Below are positions 21,139 through 32,426 of a stretch of 64,000 bases of DNA, one piece after another. The stretch lies in contig OY762069.1 of assembly GCA_963665095.1 (NCBI GenBank), positions 3,648,001 to 3,712,000 on the forward strand, read 5' to 3'. The notes beneath the pieces were generated by a model. That model saw nothing but the letters and a program-made list of their open reading frames with translations. It was not told the DNA's origin and searched no databases. Made by a program: the position numbers and the translations under genes. How positions within the stretch are numbered: the stretch's first letter is position 1; each line of letters begins with the position of its first letter. The DNA comes from an uncultured Desulfobacter sp. GTDB lineage: Bacteria; Desulfobacterota; Desulfobacteria; Desulfobacterales; Desulfobacteraceae.

Positions 21139-21198
21139 TCAGCCGCCAAAAATTAAAGGCAATAGGAAATAAGCACCGGGCAACTTAGTGGGTTTATA

Positions 21199-21566
21199 AT
21201 GATTCATTCAATTTCAATAAATGATGTGGCAAGTTTCGATGCTTCCGGTGTCTGTATAACCGATTTAAAAAAATAAATTTCGTATATGGTGCCAATGGGA
21301 GTGGTAAAACAACCATTTCAAATTTGATTGCCAACCCGGGCAATGAGGATTATCAGGAATGTACTGTATCCTGGCAGCACGGCATGCCGCTTAAAACGCT
21401 TGTTTATAACAAACAATTCCGGGATCATAACTTCGGCCGGGGTAAAATTGAGGGTGTTTTTACCCTGGGGCAGGCAACCAAAGTTGACATTGAACGAATA
21501 AAACAGAAGCAGGAAGAATTATCAGAACTGAAAACATACGTCTATCAGTGGTCGCCTCAAGCCTGA
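21199..21566 (+). pseudogene. AAA_13/RloC-like ATPase N-terminal remnant
   Basis: MIHSISINDVASF..., frameshift in the A7 run near 21270, NFVYGANGSGKTTIS...LVYNKQF...GVFTLG, then truncated. Confidence 0.75.
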
Positions 21567-21756
21567 ATTCTGGAACCACAATATATTGGGGTGGCCTTCC
21601 GGGTCGAAAATTCAATTAAATACTTAATATTTAATTTAGAAATGAGATTCTAATATTATCCCGGATTATAAATACTGAGACCCTGACAGGACAAATCCTT
21701 TGACGGACCATTTTGGATAATTCAGCCCTGATATTTAAGGTAGGTCTAAAAACAAA

Positions 21757-21785
21757 CGGCACCGGAGATCTCTTTCCGGTGCCGT
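21757..21785 (-). terminator. Hairpin downstream of hbd
   Basis: acggcaccgga...tccggtgccgt stem followed by T-rich sequence on the minus strand. Confidence 0.65.
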
Positions 21786-21813
21786 ATATATTTAAACCGC
21801 CTTACTGAATCAA

Positions 21814-22665
21814 TCAGTTGTAGTCATAAAACCCTTTGCCGGACTTGCGTCCCAGCCAGCCGGCTTCCACATATTTGCGCAGCAGCGGGCAGGGTCTGTA
21901 TTTGGAGTCTTTGAATCCGTCATACAGGGTCTCCATAATGGCAAGGCAGGTATCCAGACCGATGAGGTCGGCCAGGGCCAGCGGGCCCATGGGATGGTTC
22001 ATGCCAAGCTTCATGACGGTGTCGATATCCTGGGCTTTACCCACGCTCTGGTAGAGGCAGAAAACCGCTTCGTTGATCATGGGCATCAGGATCCGGTTGG
22101 CGATAAAGCCGGGAAAATCATTGGCTTCAGCCGGGACCTTGCCGAATTTTTCAGACAGCTCCCAGGTCAGTTTAAAGGTCTCTTCGCTGGTGGCAATGCC
22201 CTTGATTACCTCAACCAGTTTCATCATGGGCACGGGATTCATGAAGTGCATGCCGATGACTTTGTCCGGACGACTGGTCTGGGCCGCAATTCTGCCGATG
22301 GGAATAGACGAGGTGTTGGTTGACAGAATGACATGTTCCGGACAGGCTTCATCCAGTTCCCGGAAAATATTGAATTTCAGGTCTTCGCGCTCAACCGCCG
22401 CTTCCACCACAAAATCAGCCTTGGCCATATCCTTTAAATCCGTGGTGGTGGTAATTCTTGCAAGGATGGCATCCTTGTCAGCCTCGGTCATTTTTTCTTT
22501 TTTCACCAGACGGCCCAAAGAGTTTGCAATGGTGGCAAGGCCTTTTTCACAGAACTCTTCTTTGATATCGCTCATGATAACGTTCAGGCCCGCTGCTGCC
22601 GCCACCTGGGCAATACCGTTGCCCATCTGGCCGGAACCAACCACACCAAAGGTTTTAACTTCCAT
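21814..22665 (-). CDS. hbd: 3-hydroxybutyryl-CoA dehydrogenase
   Basis: GSGQMGNGIA, SNTSS-like STNTSS, GMHFMNP, GFIANR, HPMGPL. Confidence 0.95.
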   Translation of the reverse strand: MEVKTFGVVGSGQMGNGIAQVAAAAGLNVIMSDIKEEFCEKGLATIANSLGRLVKKEKMTEADKDAILARITTTTDLKDMAKADFVVEAAVEREDLKFNIFRELDEACPEHVILSTNTSSIPIGRIAAQTSRPDKVIGMHFMNPVPMMKLVEVIKGIATSEETFKLTWELSEKFGKVPAEANDFPGFIANRILMPMINEAVFCLYQSVGKAQDIDTVMKLGMNHPMGPLALADLIGLDTCLAIMETLYDGFKDSKYRPCPLLRKYVEAGWLGRKSGKGFYDYN

Positions 22666-22763
22666 TTTACATATCTCCTTAACGTTCAACTTGGAACAAT
22701 TTGACCCGGCGCCGGGGGAGATACCGGGTTGAAAATACAGCCCCCACCCTGACGGGATGAAGA

Positions 22764-23939
<1,176 letters not shown>

Positions 23940-24005
23940 ATCCAACTCCTTTAAATTATAATAATATTCATTCTGAATTAAATTTTTATGTCTGAACAAG
24001 GGTCC

Positions 24006-24130
24006 ATGTTTGGGTGGCAAGTTGCCCAGATGCAAGGCGCAGAAAAATTTACAACCGGAGCAACCTCACGGTTGTGAGGATTGTAAATTTTTCTGCAATG
24101 CCGCAGGTGGGTGACTTGCCGCCCAAACAT
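24006..24130. repeat. 125-bp palindromic intergenic repeat, copy 1
   Basis: atgtttgggtggcaagt...acttgccgcccaaacat with inner stem agaaaaatttacaa/ttgtaaatttttct; homolog at 43516-43640. Confidence 0.85.
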
Positions 24131-27100
24131 TACATATTTCTGCGGTATTTTCCACCCACTTCATATAATGCATTGGTAATTGTTCCTAAAGAACAGTTCT
24201 GAACCGTCTCCATAAGCTGCTCAAACATATTGCCACCGGTAAGCGCCGTCTCTTTCAGGGCTGCAACTGCCGGGTCAAGCGCTTCCTCATGCGCCGTTTT
24301 AAACGCCTCAAGGCGGTCCAGCTGGGCCTGTTTCTGTTCGTCCGTGGCCCTGGCAAGATCCAGATTATTGGCCATGGCAGCATAATCGGCATCCGGGTTT
24401 TCAAAGGTGTTCACGCCAATGATAGGGTGCTTGCCCGTATGCTTGAGGTACTCGTAATAGATGGACTCTTCCTGGATTTTACCGCGCTGATAACCGGTTT
24501 CCATGGCCCCGAGCACGCCGCCGCGTTCGGTGATCCGCTCAAATTCGCACAGGACCGCCTCTTCCACCAGGTCAGTCAGCTCATCCACAATAAATGCCCC
24601 CTGAAGCGGGTTCTCATTTTTCGCCAGGCCCCACTCCCGGTTGATGATGAGCTGGATGGCCAGAGCCCGCCTTACAGACTCAGGACTTGGCGTGGTGATG
24701 GCTTCGTCATAGGCATTGGTGTGCAGGCTGTTGCAGTTGTCGTAAATGGCGCAAAGCCCCTGCAGTGTTGTTCTGATATCGTTGAACTGAATCTCCTGAC
24801 AATGCAGGGAGCGGCCTGATGTCTGGATATGATATTTGAGTTTCTGGCACTTTTCATTGGCCCCGTATTTGTACCGCATGGCCACGGCCCAGATGCGGCG
24901 GGCCACACGCCCAATCACTGTGTATTCCGGGTCCATGCCGTTGGAGAAGAAAAAGGAGAGGTTCTGGGCAAAATCATCAATGTGCATGCCCCGGGAGAGA
25001 TAATACTCCACATAGGTGAACCCGTTGGCAAGGGTGAGTGCGAGCTGGGTGATGGGGTTGGCACCGGCCTCGGCAATGTGATACCCGGAGATGGAGACGG
25101 AATAGAAATTCTGCACATTATGGTCGATAAAATACTGCTGGATATCACCCATCATCTTCAAAGCAAACTCAATGGAGAAAATACAGGTGTTCTGGCCCTG
25201 GTCCTCTTTCAGGATATCTGCCTGGACCGTGCCCCGGACATTGGACAGGGTGAATGCCTTGATCTCCTCTGCTTCCTTTTCATTGGGATCACGGCCGTTT
25301 TCCTGTTTAAATTTATCTGTCTGCTGGGCAATGGCCGTGTTCATGAACATGGCCAGCATCATGGGGGCCGGCCCGTTGATGGTCATGGAAACCGAGGTAT
25401 TGGGCGCACACAGATCAAAACCGGAATAGAGTACTTTGACATCTTCCAGGGTGCAGATACTCACGCCGGAGGTGCCGATCTTGCCGTAAATGTCCGGGCG
25501 GACATCCGGGTCAAACCCGTACAGGGTGACGGAGTCAAATGCAGTGGAGAGGCGCTTGGCCGGATACGCGGCAGACAAAAGCCGGAACCGTTCATTGGTA
25601 TCGGCAGGACCCCCTTCTCCGGCGAACATCCGGGTGGGATCCTCGTCAGCGCGTTTAAGCGGAAACACCCCGGCCGTGTATGGGAAATTGCCGGCAAAAT
25701 TCTCCTTGCGCATCCAGGAATACTGCTCTCCGGGGTCCTTGAAACCAGGAACGGAAATTTTCGGGATTTTGGAATGGGACAGGGACTGGCTGTATAAAGG
25801 CAGTCTGAACTCTTTGCCCCTGACATGGTAGACCAGCTCATCTTTTTTATAGTCACTGGTGAATTTTGAGAAATCCTCGATAATCTGGTCTGTCTCCTTG
25901 TCCACGGCCTCGGCTGCCACAGCCACGGCTGCTTTCAGGTCTGCAAGGGAGTCCCGTCCTTCCAGGGCGACCAGGGCCTGTTCCAGGTGCCAGCGCTGGC
26001 GCACGGCATCGGCCTGCGTTTCCGTGTCCTGATGGTACTGGCGCACGGTGTCTGCAATCTCAGCCAGGTATCTTACCCGCTCACCGGGAATGATGATGGT
26101 TTTGGAGGATGACTCCTTGACCCCGGTCCTGGGTATGGCGGATGTGTAAGTAACGCCTGTCTTATCGGCAATGCAATCCAGGATGCCGTGGTAAAACGCA
26201 GTAACGCCGTCGTCATTGAACTTGGAGGCGATGGTGCCGTACACCGGCATCTCACCCGGGGCTTTGTCAAAGGCTTTGCGGTTGCGCTGTACCTGTTTTC
26301 TGACATCCCGTAAGGCATCTTCGCTGCCCTTTTTCTCATATTTATTCACCGCCACAATATCGGCGTAATCAAGCATGTCAATCTTTTCCAGCTGGGAAGG
26401 CGCACCGTATTCAGCGGTCATGACATAGACGGAGAGGTCCACCAGGTCAACGACCCTGGAATCGCCCTGGCCGATACCGGCGGTTTCAACAATAACGATA
26501 TCAAACCCGGCGGCCTTGGCCACCTCCACGGCGTGGGGCAGTGCTTCGGGAAGCTCCGTCTGGGAGCGCCGGGTGGCAAGGGAGCGCATGTATACCCGGC
26601 CGGTCTCTATGGAGTTCATGCGGATACGGTCGCCAAGCAGCGCCCCACCGGTTTTTCGCCGGGATGGATCGCAGGAGATCACAGCCAGATGAATATCGGG
26701 AAAATCCCGCAAAAACCGGTTGATCAGCTCGTCCATCAAAGAGGACTTCCCTGCTCCGCCCGTGCCTGTGAGCCCGATAACCGGAACTTTCAGGCCGGCA
26801 GTTTTTTCGCGGACCTTTGCCATGATTGTCTCAAGCAGGTCACTGCCCCTGGTGCTGGCCTCCTGCACCGCAGAAATAAAATTGGCCGTGACCCGTTTAT
26901 TGTCTTTGTTCAGGGCCTCGTAATCCAGATTCTCAAAATCCACGGACGGTGCATCCATGGTCTCAAGCATGTGGTTGATGATCCCCTGAAGTCCCATTTT
27001 GGCCCCATCCTCCGGGGAGTAGATCCGGGCCACGCCATAGGCATGAAGTTCATCTATCTCCAATGGAATGATCACGCCACCGCCGCCACCGAACACCTTG

Positions 27101-27387
27101 ATATGGTCTGCCCCTTTTTCCCTGAGCATATCCACCATGTATTTGAAATACTCCACATGTCCCCCCTGGTAGGAGGAGACCGCAATTCCCTGGGCATCTT
27201 CTTCAATGGCAGCATCCACCACCTCGCTGGCCGATCGGTTGTGCCCGATGTGGATCACTTCGGCACCTGAATCCTGCAGGATTCTTCGCATGATGTTGAT
27301 GGATGCATCATGACCGTCAAACAACGAGGTGGCAGTGACGATCTTGACAGGATTTTTCAGGGAATAGACTTCGGGTTCTGCGCTCAT
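24130..27387 (-). CDS. icmF: Fused isobutyryl-CoA mutase/MeaB GTPase
   Basis: N-terminal B12-binding [15 protein letters not shown] GTPase, C-terminal mutase barrel ([18 protein letters not shown]); about 1085 aa. Confidence 0.95.
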   Translation of the reverse strand: MSAEPEVYSLKNPVKIVTATSLFDGHDASINIMRRILQDSGAEVIHIGHNRSASEVVDAAIEEDAQGIAVSSYQGGHVEYFKYMVDMLREKGADHIKVFGGGGGVIIPLEIDELHAYGVARIYSPEDGAKMGLQGIINHMLETMDAPSVDFENLDYEALNKDNKRVTANFISAVQEASTRGSDLLETIMAKVREKTAGLKVPVIGLTGTGGAGKSSLMDELINRFLRDFPDIHLAVISCDPSRRKTGGALLGDRIRMNSIETGRVYMRSLATRRSQTELPEALPHAVEVAKAAGFDIVIVETAGIGQGDSRVVDLVDLSVYVMTAEYGAPSQLEKIDMLDYADIVAVNKYEKKGSEDALRDVRKQVQRNRKAFDKAPGEMPVYGTIASKFNDDGVTAFYHGILDCIADKTGVTYTSAIPRTGVKESSSKTIIIPGERVRYLAEIADTVRQYHQDTETQADAVRQRWHLEQALVALEGRDSLADLKAAVAVAAEAVDKETDQIIEDFSKFTSDYKKDELVYHVRGKEFRLPLYSQSLSHSKIPKISVPGFKDPGEQYSWMRKENFAGNFPYTAGVFPLKRADEDPTRMFAGEGGPADTNERFRLLSAAYPAKRLSTAFDSVTLYGFDPDVRPDIYGKIGTSGVSICTLEDVKVLYSGFDLCAPNTSVSMTINGPAPMMLAMFMNTAIAQQTDKFKQENGRDPNEKEAEEIKAFTLSNVRGTVQADILKEDQGQNTCIFSIEFALKMMGDIQQYFIDHNVQNFYSVSISGYHIAEAGANPITQLALTLANGFTYVEYYLSRGMHIDDFAQNLSFFFSNGMDPEYTVIGRVARRIWAVAMRYKYGANEKCQKLKYHIQTSGRSLHCQEIQFNDIRTTLQGLCAIYDNCNSLHTNAYDEAITTPSPESVRRALAIQLIINREWGLAKNENPLQGAFIVDELTDLVEEAVLCEFERITERGGVLGAMETGYQRGKIQEESIYYEYLKHTGKHPIIGVNTFENPDADYAAMANNLDLARATDEQKQAQLDRLEAFKTAHEEALDPAVAALKETALTGGNMFEQLMETVQNCSLGTITNALYEVGGKYRRNM

Positions 27388-27508
27388 AACATCTCCTTTA
27401 AAATTTGATGCCGGAAAAGTTTGATCAGACCAAACCAAGTTTATATTTCTTGTGATGTCACATCTCGCCGGAAAAATAAATACAATTTTTTAAATTATTT
27501 TAATTTTT

Positions 27509-28153
27509 TTAATAAAGCAGACCCAGGATAAAATCTGTCTGGATGGCGATGTACTGGTCCAGGGTAAAATTATTTTTGACGTACCATCGCCTGAAGGCCC
27601 ACATGTGTCCGAGAACGGATATATTGTGGGCCACCAGGTGGCATTTTCCCTCATCCAGATTGGGGAAATCATTGTTTCCTGAGATATGCGACAGGGCTTT
27701 TACAAAAGTCTGGGTGATATCCAGTTCATTCTCCAGAACCCGTTTTTTCCATTTGTCCGGCAGGAACTGAGTCACCTGGTACATCAGAAGCACATGATCC
27801 GCCATGTCATCGCACACAATAAAATACCGGCGAATAGCTTCGGCCAGCTGTTCTTTTTCCTGGATACCATGGGACAGAGCCTCCTCCACAGCCACCTGGA
27901 CAGCTTCGTGGATGGCACTGCACACAAGATAGAGCAGATCCTCCTTGGAAGAGACATACTCATACAAAGATCCGATGGAAAAGCCGGCCGCTCTGGCAAT
28001 CATGCGGGTGGTGGTGTTGTGGTACCCGTGCTCGATAAACAGCTTGACCGCAGCATCAATGATCTGCCTGCGCCGCTCACGCACAAGATCGGCATTTTTT
28101 ATCTGGGTGGGAACATCGTTTTCAATGCCGGGCTTTGGTTTTTGGGTGGGCAT
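27509..28153 (-). CDS. TetR-family regulator
   Basis: IIDAAVKLFIEHGY...IARAAGFSIGSLYEYVSSKEDLL. Confidence 0.93.
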   Translation of the reverse strand: MPTQKPKPGIENDVPTQIKNADLVRERRRQIIDAAVKLFIEHGYHNTTTRMIARAAGFSIGSLYEYVSSKEDLLYLVCSAIHEAVQVAVEEALSHGIQEKEQLAEAIRRYFIVCDDMADHVLLMYQVTQFLPDKWKKRVLENELDITQTFVKALSHISGNNDFPNLDEGKCHLVAHNISVLGHMWAFRRWYVKNNFTLDQYIAIQTDFILGLLY

Positions 28154-28172
28154 GGCAGATCCTTTTTTAATC

Positions 28173-28188
28173 GAACGAGCGCTCAGTC
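28173..28188. promoter_or_regulatory. Candidate TetR operator
   Basis: Imperfect palindrome gaacGAGCGCTCagtc 20 bp upstream of the TetR start, downstream of a minus-strand TTGACA (28218-28223). Confidence 0.4.
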
Positions 28189-28230
28189 TGTATCAATTAC
28201 GCATGAAACCCGCGTTTTGTCAACGGGTTA

Positions 28231-29028
28231 TCAAAAAAACACAGAAAACAGCATCCGGGTGCCCACCACAAGCAGCAATACCGCAAAAACACGTTTCAGT
28301 TTATCCACGGGCAGACTGTGAGCCAGCTTCACCCCAATGGGTGCCGTACACACGGACGCCGCCACAATACCGGCTAACGCCACCAGATTGACAAAGCCTA
28401 AGGAGTAGGGCGGCAGGTTAGGCTGGCCAAGTCCGTTGATCACATAGCCTAAAAAGCCTGCGGCTGCAATGGGAAACCCGATGGCTGAAGAGGTGCCGAT
28501 GGCCTTGTGAATCTTGACATTGCACCAGCTCAGAAAGGGTACGGACATGGTGCCCCCGCCAATGCCCACCAGACTTGAAAATAACCCAATAATACTGCCT
28601 GCGGCAAAAATACCGGCCCTGCCCGGAACATCCCGGGTGGGTTTGGGTTTCATACCAATGAGCATCTGGGTGGCCACATAGTATAAAAAAATACCAAAAA
28701 AGGCCTTAAGAAAATTGGTGGAAAGCATGGAGGCAATACAGGTGCCGCCAAAGGTGCCCACCAGAATTCCCGGTGTAATGCTGAAAACAACCGGCCAGGC
28801 CACAGCCCCGCGCTTGTGGTGGGAACGCATGCTGGAAACCGAAGTAAACAGAATGGAGGCTAAAGAGGTGCCAAGGGCCATGTGAAGAATGACTTCATGG
28901 GCCACGCCCTGGGAAGTAAAGACAAAGGTAAGCATGGGAACGATCACCAGCCCTCCGCCAATGCCCAAAAGTCCGGCCAGGACGCCTGCAACACCACCCA
29001 CGGCCAAGTATAATAATATATATGTCAT
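28231..29028 (-). CDS. TauE/SafE sulfite-exporter-family membrane protein
   Basis: Two GIGGG motifs, ALGTSLA and AIGTS; hydrophobic. Confidence 0.9.
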   Translation of the reverse strand: MTYILLYLAVGGVAGVLAGLLGIGGGLVIVPMLTFVFTSQGVAHEVILHMALGTSLASILFTSVSSMRSHHKRGAVAWPVVFSITPGILVGTFGGTCIASMLSTNFLKAFFGIFLYYVATQMLIGMKPKPTRDVPGRAGIFAAGSIIGLFSSLVGIGGGTMSVPFLSWCNVKIHKAIGTSSAIGFPIAAAGFLGYVINGLGQPNLPPYSLGFVNLVALAGIVAASVCTAPIGVKLAHSLPVDKLKRVFAVLLLVVGTRMLFSVFF

Positions 29029-29240
29029 TTTTTATTTTCCTTTATTAAAACGAACCAGGTTAGATGGATATATAAATTCAGCCCAAAAAGCAATAGAGAC
29101 CTCGCCTGATGTCCAGGATACAGACAATAATAGCCGGACGGCTGTTAGACTTGATTTTCGACATGGTAATTCGGAATTCGTTTTAGCTGCATCCGATTTG
29201 CATTTGGGAAAGTTTTACTTTAAAGGATGACATGGATGAA

Positions 29241-29729
29241 TCAGAGATTGACCCGTTTGCCCAGAATGGACAGGCTGTATTCCCTGCCATCCATCTCAGC
29301 AATATCAGGCAGACGCCCCCACTCTTCAAACCCAAAGGATTGAAACAATTTCAGGCTCGGGGTGTTATGTGAAAAAATAAATCCCACCACATGCTTGATA
29401 CCAAGTGATCCTGTCATCTCCAGAGCGTCTGCAAGCAATTGTCTGCCAAGCCCATGGTGACGGAAATTTTCCTTTACATAAATGCTGATTTCAGCCGTTC
29501 CCTGGTAGGCAGGCCGGCCATAAAAGGATTGAAAACTCACCCAGGCGGCAATCTCGTCATCCTGCTCATGAACCATCAAGGGCCGGCTGCCCGGGGTATG
29601 CTGCCGAAACCACGTAAGCTTTGATTCTACCGTCACAGGCATGGTATCAGCTGTGGCCAGCCGCGATGGTACTGTGGAGTTATAGATGTCAACGATCTCT
29701 TTTAAATCATATTCCCTGGCAATTCTCAT
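29241..29729 (-). CDS. GNAT N-acetyltransferase (YncA/phosphinothricin AT-like)
   Basis: IVDIYN, TAEISIYV, HGLGRQLL, NTPSLKLFQSFGF. Confidence 0.88.
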   Translation of the reverse strand: MRIAREYDLKEIVDIYNSTVPSRLATADTMPVTVESKLTWFRQHTPGSRPLMVHEQDDEIAAWVSFQSFYGRPAYQGTAEISIYVKENFRHHGLGRQLLADALEMTGSLGIKHVVGFIFSHNTPSLKLFQSFGFEEWGRLPDIAEMDGREYSLSILGKRVNL

Positions 29730-29847
29730 CAGCGCTACTCCTATTCTTTGGTAGAAGTAAACTATACAACCACACACAAGGCATTGGAAACAAAAAACCG
29801 GTTATTAAAAGCATAAAGATCCCTGGTAAACGAAAATCACGAAAGAT

Positions 29848-31263
29848 CTACATGTCTTCCAGCTCCCGGCCCTTGGTCTCTTTCACGAAAAGATACACAA
29901 AAAAGACAGAGACACCTGCAAACAGGGCATACCCGCCATATGCAACGCTTAGCCCGAAACTTCCGATAATGGGCGGAAAGGTGGTGGAAACCAGAAAATT
30001 GGAAATCCACTGCATGGCGGCAGCCAGGGAGAGTGCGGCCGCGCGGATACGGTTGGGAAACATTTCGCCTAAAAGCACCCACACCACAGGTCCCCAGGAA
30101 AATCCAAAGAAAAACACATAGAGATTGGCAGATACCAGGGCCATGATGCCGGTGAGATGAGACAGAACCGGCTGGCCGGTATCCGGGCTGATATCTGCTG
30201 TGCCAAACACCACGGCAAGAAGACCCAAAGTTACGGTCATGCCAATGGACCCCACCAGAAGCAGAGGTTTGCGTCCCCACCGGTCCACATACCGGATGGC
30301 GATCAGGGTGGTAACGATGTTGACGATCCCTGTGATCACTGCAATCTTAAGGGAGTCTGACTCTGCAAACCCCACCACCCGCCAAAGGGTTGTGCCGTAA
30401 TAGAAAATCACATTAATGCCCACCAGCTGCTGGAGCATGGACAGAATCGTGCCAACCCAGACAATGGGCAGAAGGCCGAATTTTCCCACAAGGTCTAAAA
30501 ATCGAGGTTTGTACTCGGCATCCAGGCTGTTTTTAATGTCAGTGACCTTTGCGCGGGCCTGGGCACCCATCACCTTTTCCAGCACCTGCCGGGCCTCATC
30601 GTCCCGGCCCTTTGCCACAAGATAACGCGGCGATTCAGGGATCACCAGGGAAAAAGCCCCGTAAATAAAGGCAGCCGGAATTTCAGACCAGAACATCCAC
30701 TGCCATCCCTTGAAACCAAACCAGGCCACACCTTCGGCCGATCCCCCGGCAGCCCTGGCCACCCAGAAGTCTGACAAAAGGGCAATAAAAATCCCCACAA
30801 CAATGGCCAGCTGCTGCAAAGAGGCAAGCCGGCCCCGCATGGCTGCCGGAGAGACCTCGGCAATATAAGCAGGGGCAATCACGGAGGCCGCGCCCACGCC
30901 AATGCCGCCCAGCACCCGCCAGAAGATAAAATCGTACAGCCCAAAGGGCATCCCACTTCCCAGGGCACTGATAAAAAAAAGGCCTGCCGCAATGGTCATG
31001 GTGCGGGTTCTGCCGATGCGGTCGGCAAGGGGCCCTGCGATAAAGGCCCCGGCAGCAGATCCTAACAGTGCCAGAGAGACGGCCAGCCCGATCTGAAGTG
31101 CGGATGCATTGAACGCCTTTTGTACGGCCATGACCGCTCCGCTGATCACAGCGGTATCAAATCCGAATAGAAAGCCGCCAAGGGCGGCGGCTGAGGCAAT
31201 CAGGATCACAAACCCTGTTCCAGGGGAATCATTTTCGCCGGGTGCTGCATTGGTGGGCACCAT
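29848..31263 (-). CDS. MFS sugar porter (GlcP-like)
   Basis: GGFLFGFDTAVISG, DRIGR, PESPRYL, QQLVGINVIFYY, ETKGRELE. Confidence 0.93.
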   Translation of the reverse strand: MVPTNAAPGENDSPGTGFVILIASAAALGGFLFGFDTAVISGAVMAVQKAFNASALQIGLAVSLALLGSAAGAFIAGPLADRIGRTRTMTIAAGLFFISALGSGMPFGLYDFIFWRVLGGIGVGAASVIAPAYIAEVSPAAMRGRLASLQQLAIVVGIFIALLSDFWVARAAGGSAEGVAWFGFKGWQWMFWSEIPAAFIYGAFSLVIPESPRYLVAKGRDDEARQVLEKVMGAQARAKVTDIKNSLDAEYKPRFLDLVGKFGLLPIVWVGTILSMLQQLVGINVIFYYGTTLWRVVGFAESDSLKIAVITGIVNIVTTLIAIRYVDRWGRKPLLLVGSIGMTVTLGLLAVVFGTADISPDTGQPVLSHLTGIMALVSANLYVFFFGFSWGPVVWVLLGEMFPNRIRAAALSLAAAMQWISNFLVSTTFPPIIGSFGLSVAYGGYALFAGVSVFFVYLFVKETKGRELEDM

Positions 31264-31374
31264 TTTTAATTGTCCTTATCTTGGTGAAAAGATGAGAAAT
31301 TGCTCTGTACCACATTTTTAATCGTTTATTACAGCAATCCCGGATGGGGAAACCGGGCACAATCCTAAATTACG

Positions 31375-32367
31375 CTATCTGCCTGCCATTGTTTCAAAAC
31401 CATACCAGGCAGCCCCGTGCAGGGCGGCACCGGGATCAAGAATCACATGAACGGGCATGCTGGAGCAAAGTTCAAAAAACCGGCCCTTGTCCGCAATGGC
31501 ACTTAAAAAATCAGGCCGGGCAAGCCTGTCTATAATCCGCAGAGGGATACCGCCGCCGAGATAAATACCGCCGGTGGGAAGCAATGTCACGGCCATGTTG
31601 CTGGTCACGGTTCCCAAAGCCCGGACAAACATGTCCAAAGTGGCCTCGCAGATATCCGCCTTGTTTTCCATGGCAGCCGACACAATTACAGGGGTTTTGT
31701 CTTTGGCCCCGGCCAGCTCCTTTTTCAACCATTCAGGCTCCGGAAAAATCCCTTTTTCAAGAAAAAACTCGTAAATATTGGGCAACTGACTGCCGGAACA
31801 AACCCGTTCAAAACTGACATGACCGTAGCGCCGGCTTAAAAATTCCAGAAGTTCCACCTCCTGGGGCTCCCTCGGGGAAAAGGCAATGTGCCCGCCCTCG
31901 CTGGCACAGGCCCGGTAACGCTTACCGGTCCACACCAGAAATGCAATGCCAAGCCCGGTTCCCGGCGCGATAACCGCCAGGTTTCCCCTGGGTTCCGCCT
32001 TGCCTGGATTCAGAGTATGAAGATGGCCCACAGGAAGATAAGGGACTGACACGGCAATGGCTTTCAGATCATTCAACAGCCTGACTTTTGGAATGTGGCA
32101 GACCTCCTGAATTGTTTTGCCGTCAATGATCCAGGGCAGATTGGTGATCTGGGAACGATGGTCTTTCACCGGGCCTGCCACACCAAAACAGGCGGCCTCG
32201 GGCGCAACATCGATCTGCTCAAGGAACTTATTTACAATGGCTTCAAGAGACGGATAGTCTCCACTTGGAAACCGGGCCTCATGGACCGGATTACCCGGCA
32301 CCTGCTCTTTTCCGGTATAAATCGCAAGCACGGTTTTAGTGCCGCCAATATCCCCTGCAAGAATCAT
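31375..32367 (-). CDS. glk: Glucokinase
   Basis: GDIGGTK, GVAGPV, LLND, PGTGLG, SEGGH, ERVCSG, GGIYLGGG. Confidence 0.93.
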   Translation of the reverse strand: MILAGDIGGTKTVLAIYTGKEQVPGNPVHEARFPSGDYPSLEAIVNKFLEQIDVAPEAACFGVAGPVKDHRSQITNLPWIIDGKTIQEVCHIPKVRLLNDLKAIAVSVPYLPVGHLHTLNPGKAEPRGNLAVIAPGTGLGIAFLVWTGKRYRACASEGGHIAFSPREPQEVELLEFLSRRYGHVSFERVCSGSQLPNIYEFFLEKGIFPEPEWLKKELAGAKDKTPVIVSAAMENKADICEATLDMFVRALGTVTSNMAVTLLPTGGIYLGGGIPLRIIDRLARPDFLSAIADKGRFFELCSSMPVHVILDPGAALHGAAWYGFETMAGR

Positions 32368-32426
32368 GGGTTGTTCTCCGTGTTATCCTGAGTATGTTGC
32401 AAAAAATAGTGGGGAAATAATTGCCT

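Noticed and set aside
21576..21591. NrdR-box-like CCACAATATATTGGGG
   Set aside because: Isolated, with no downstream gene to regulate.
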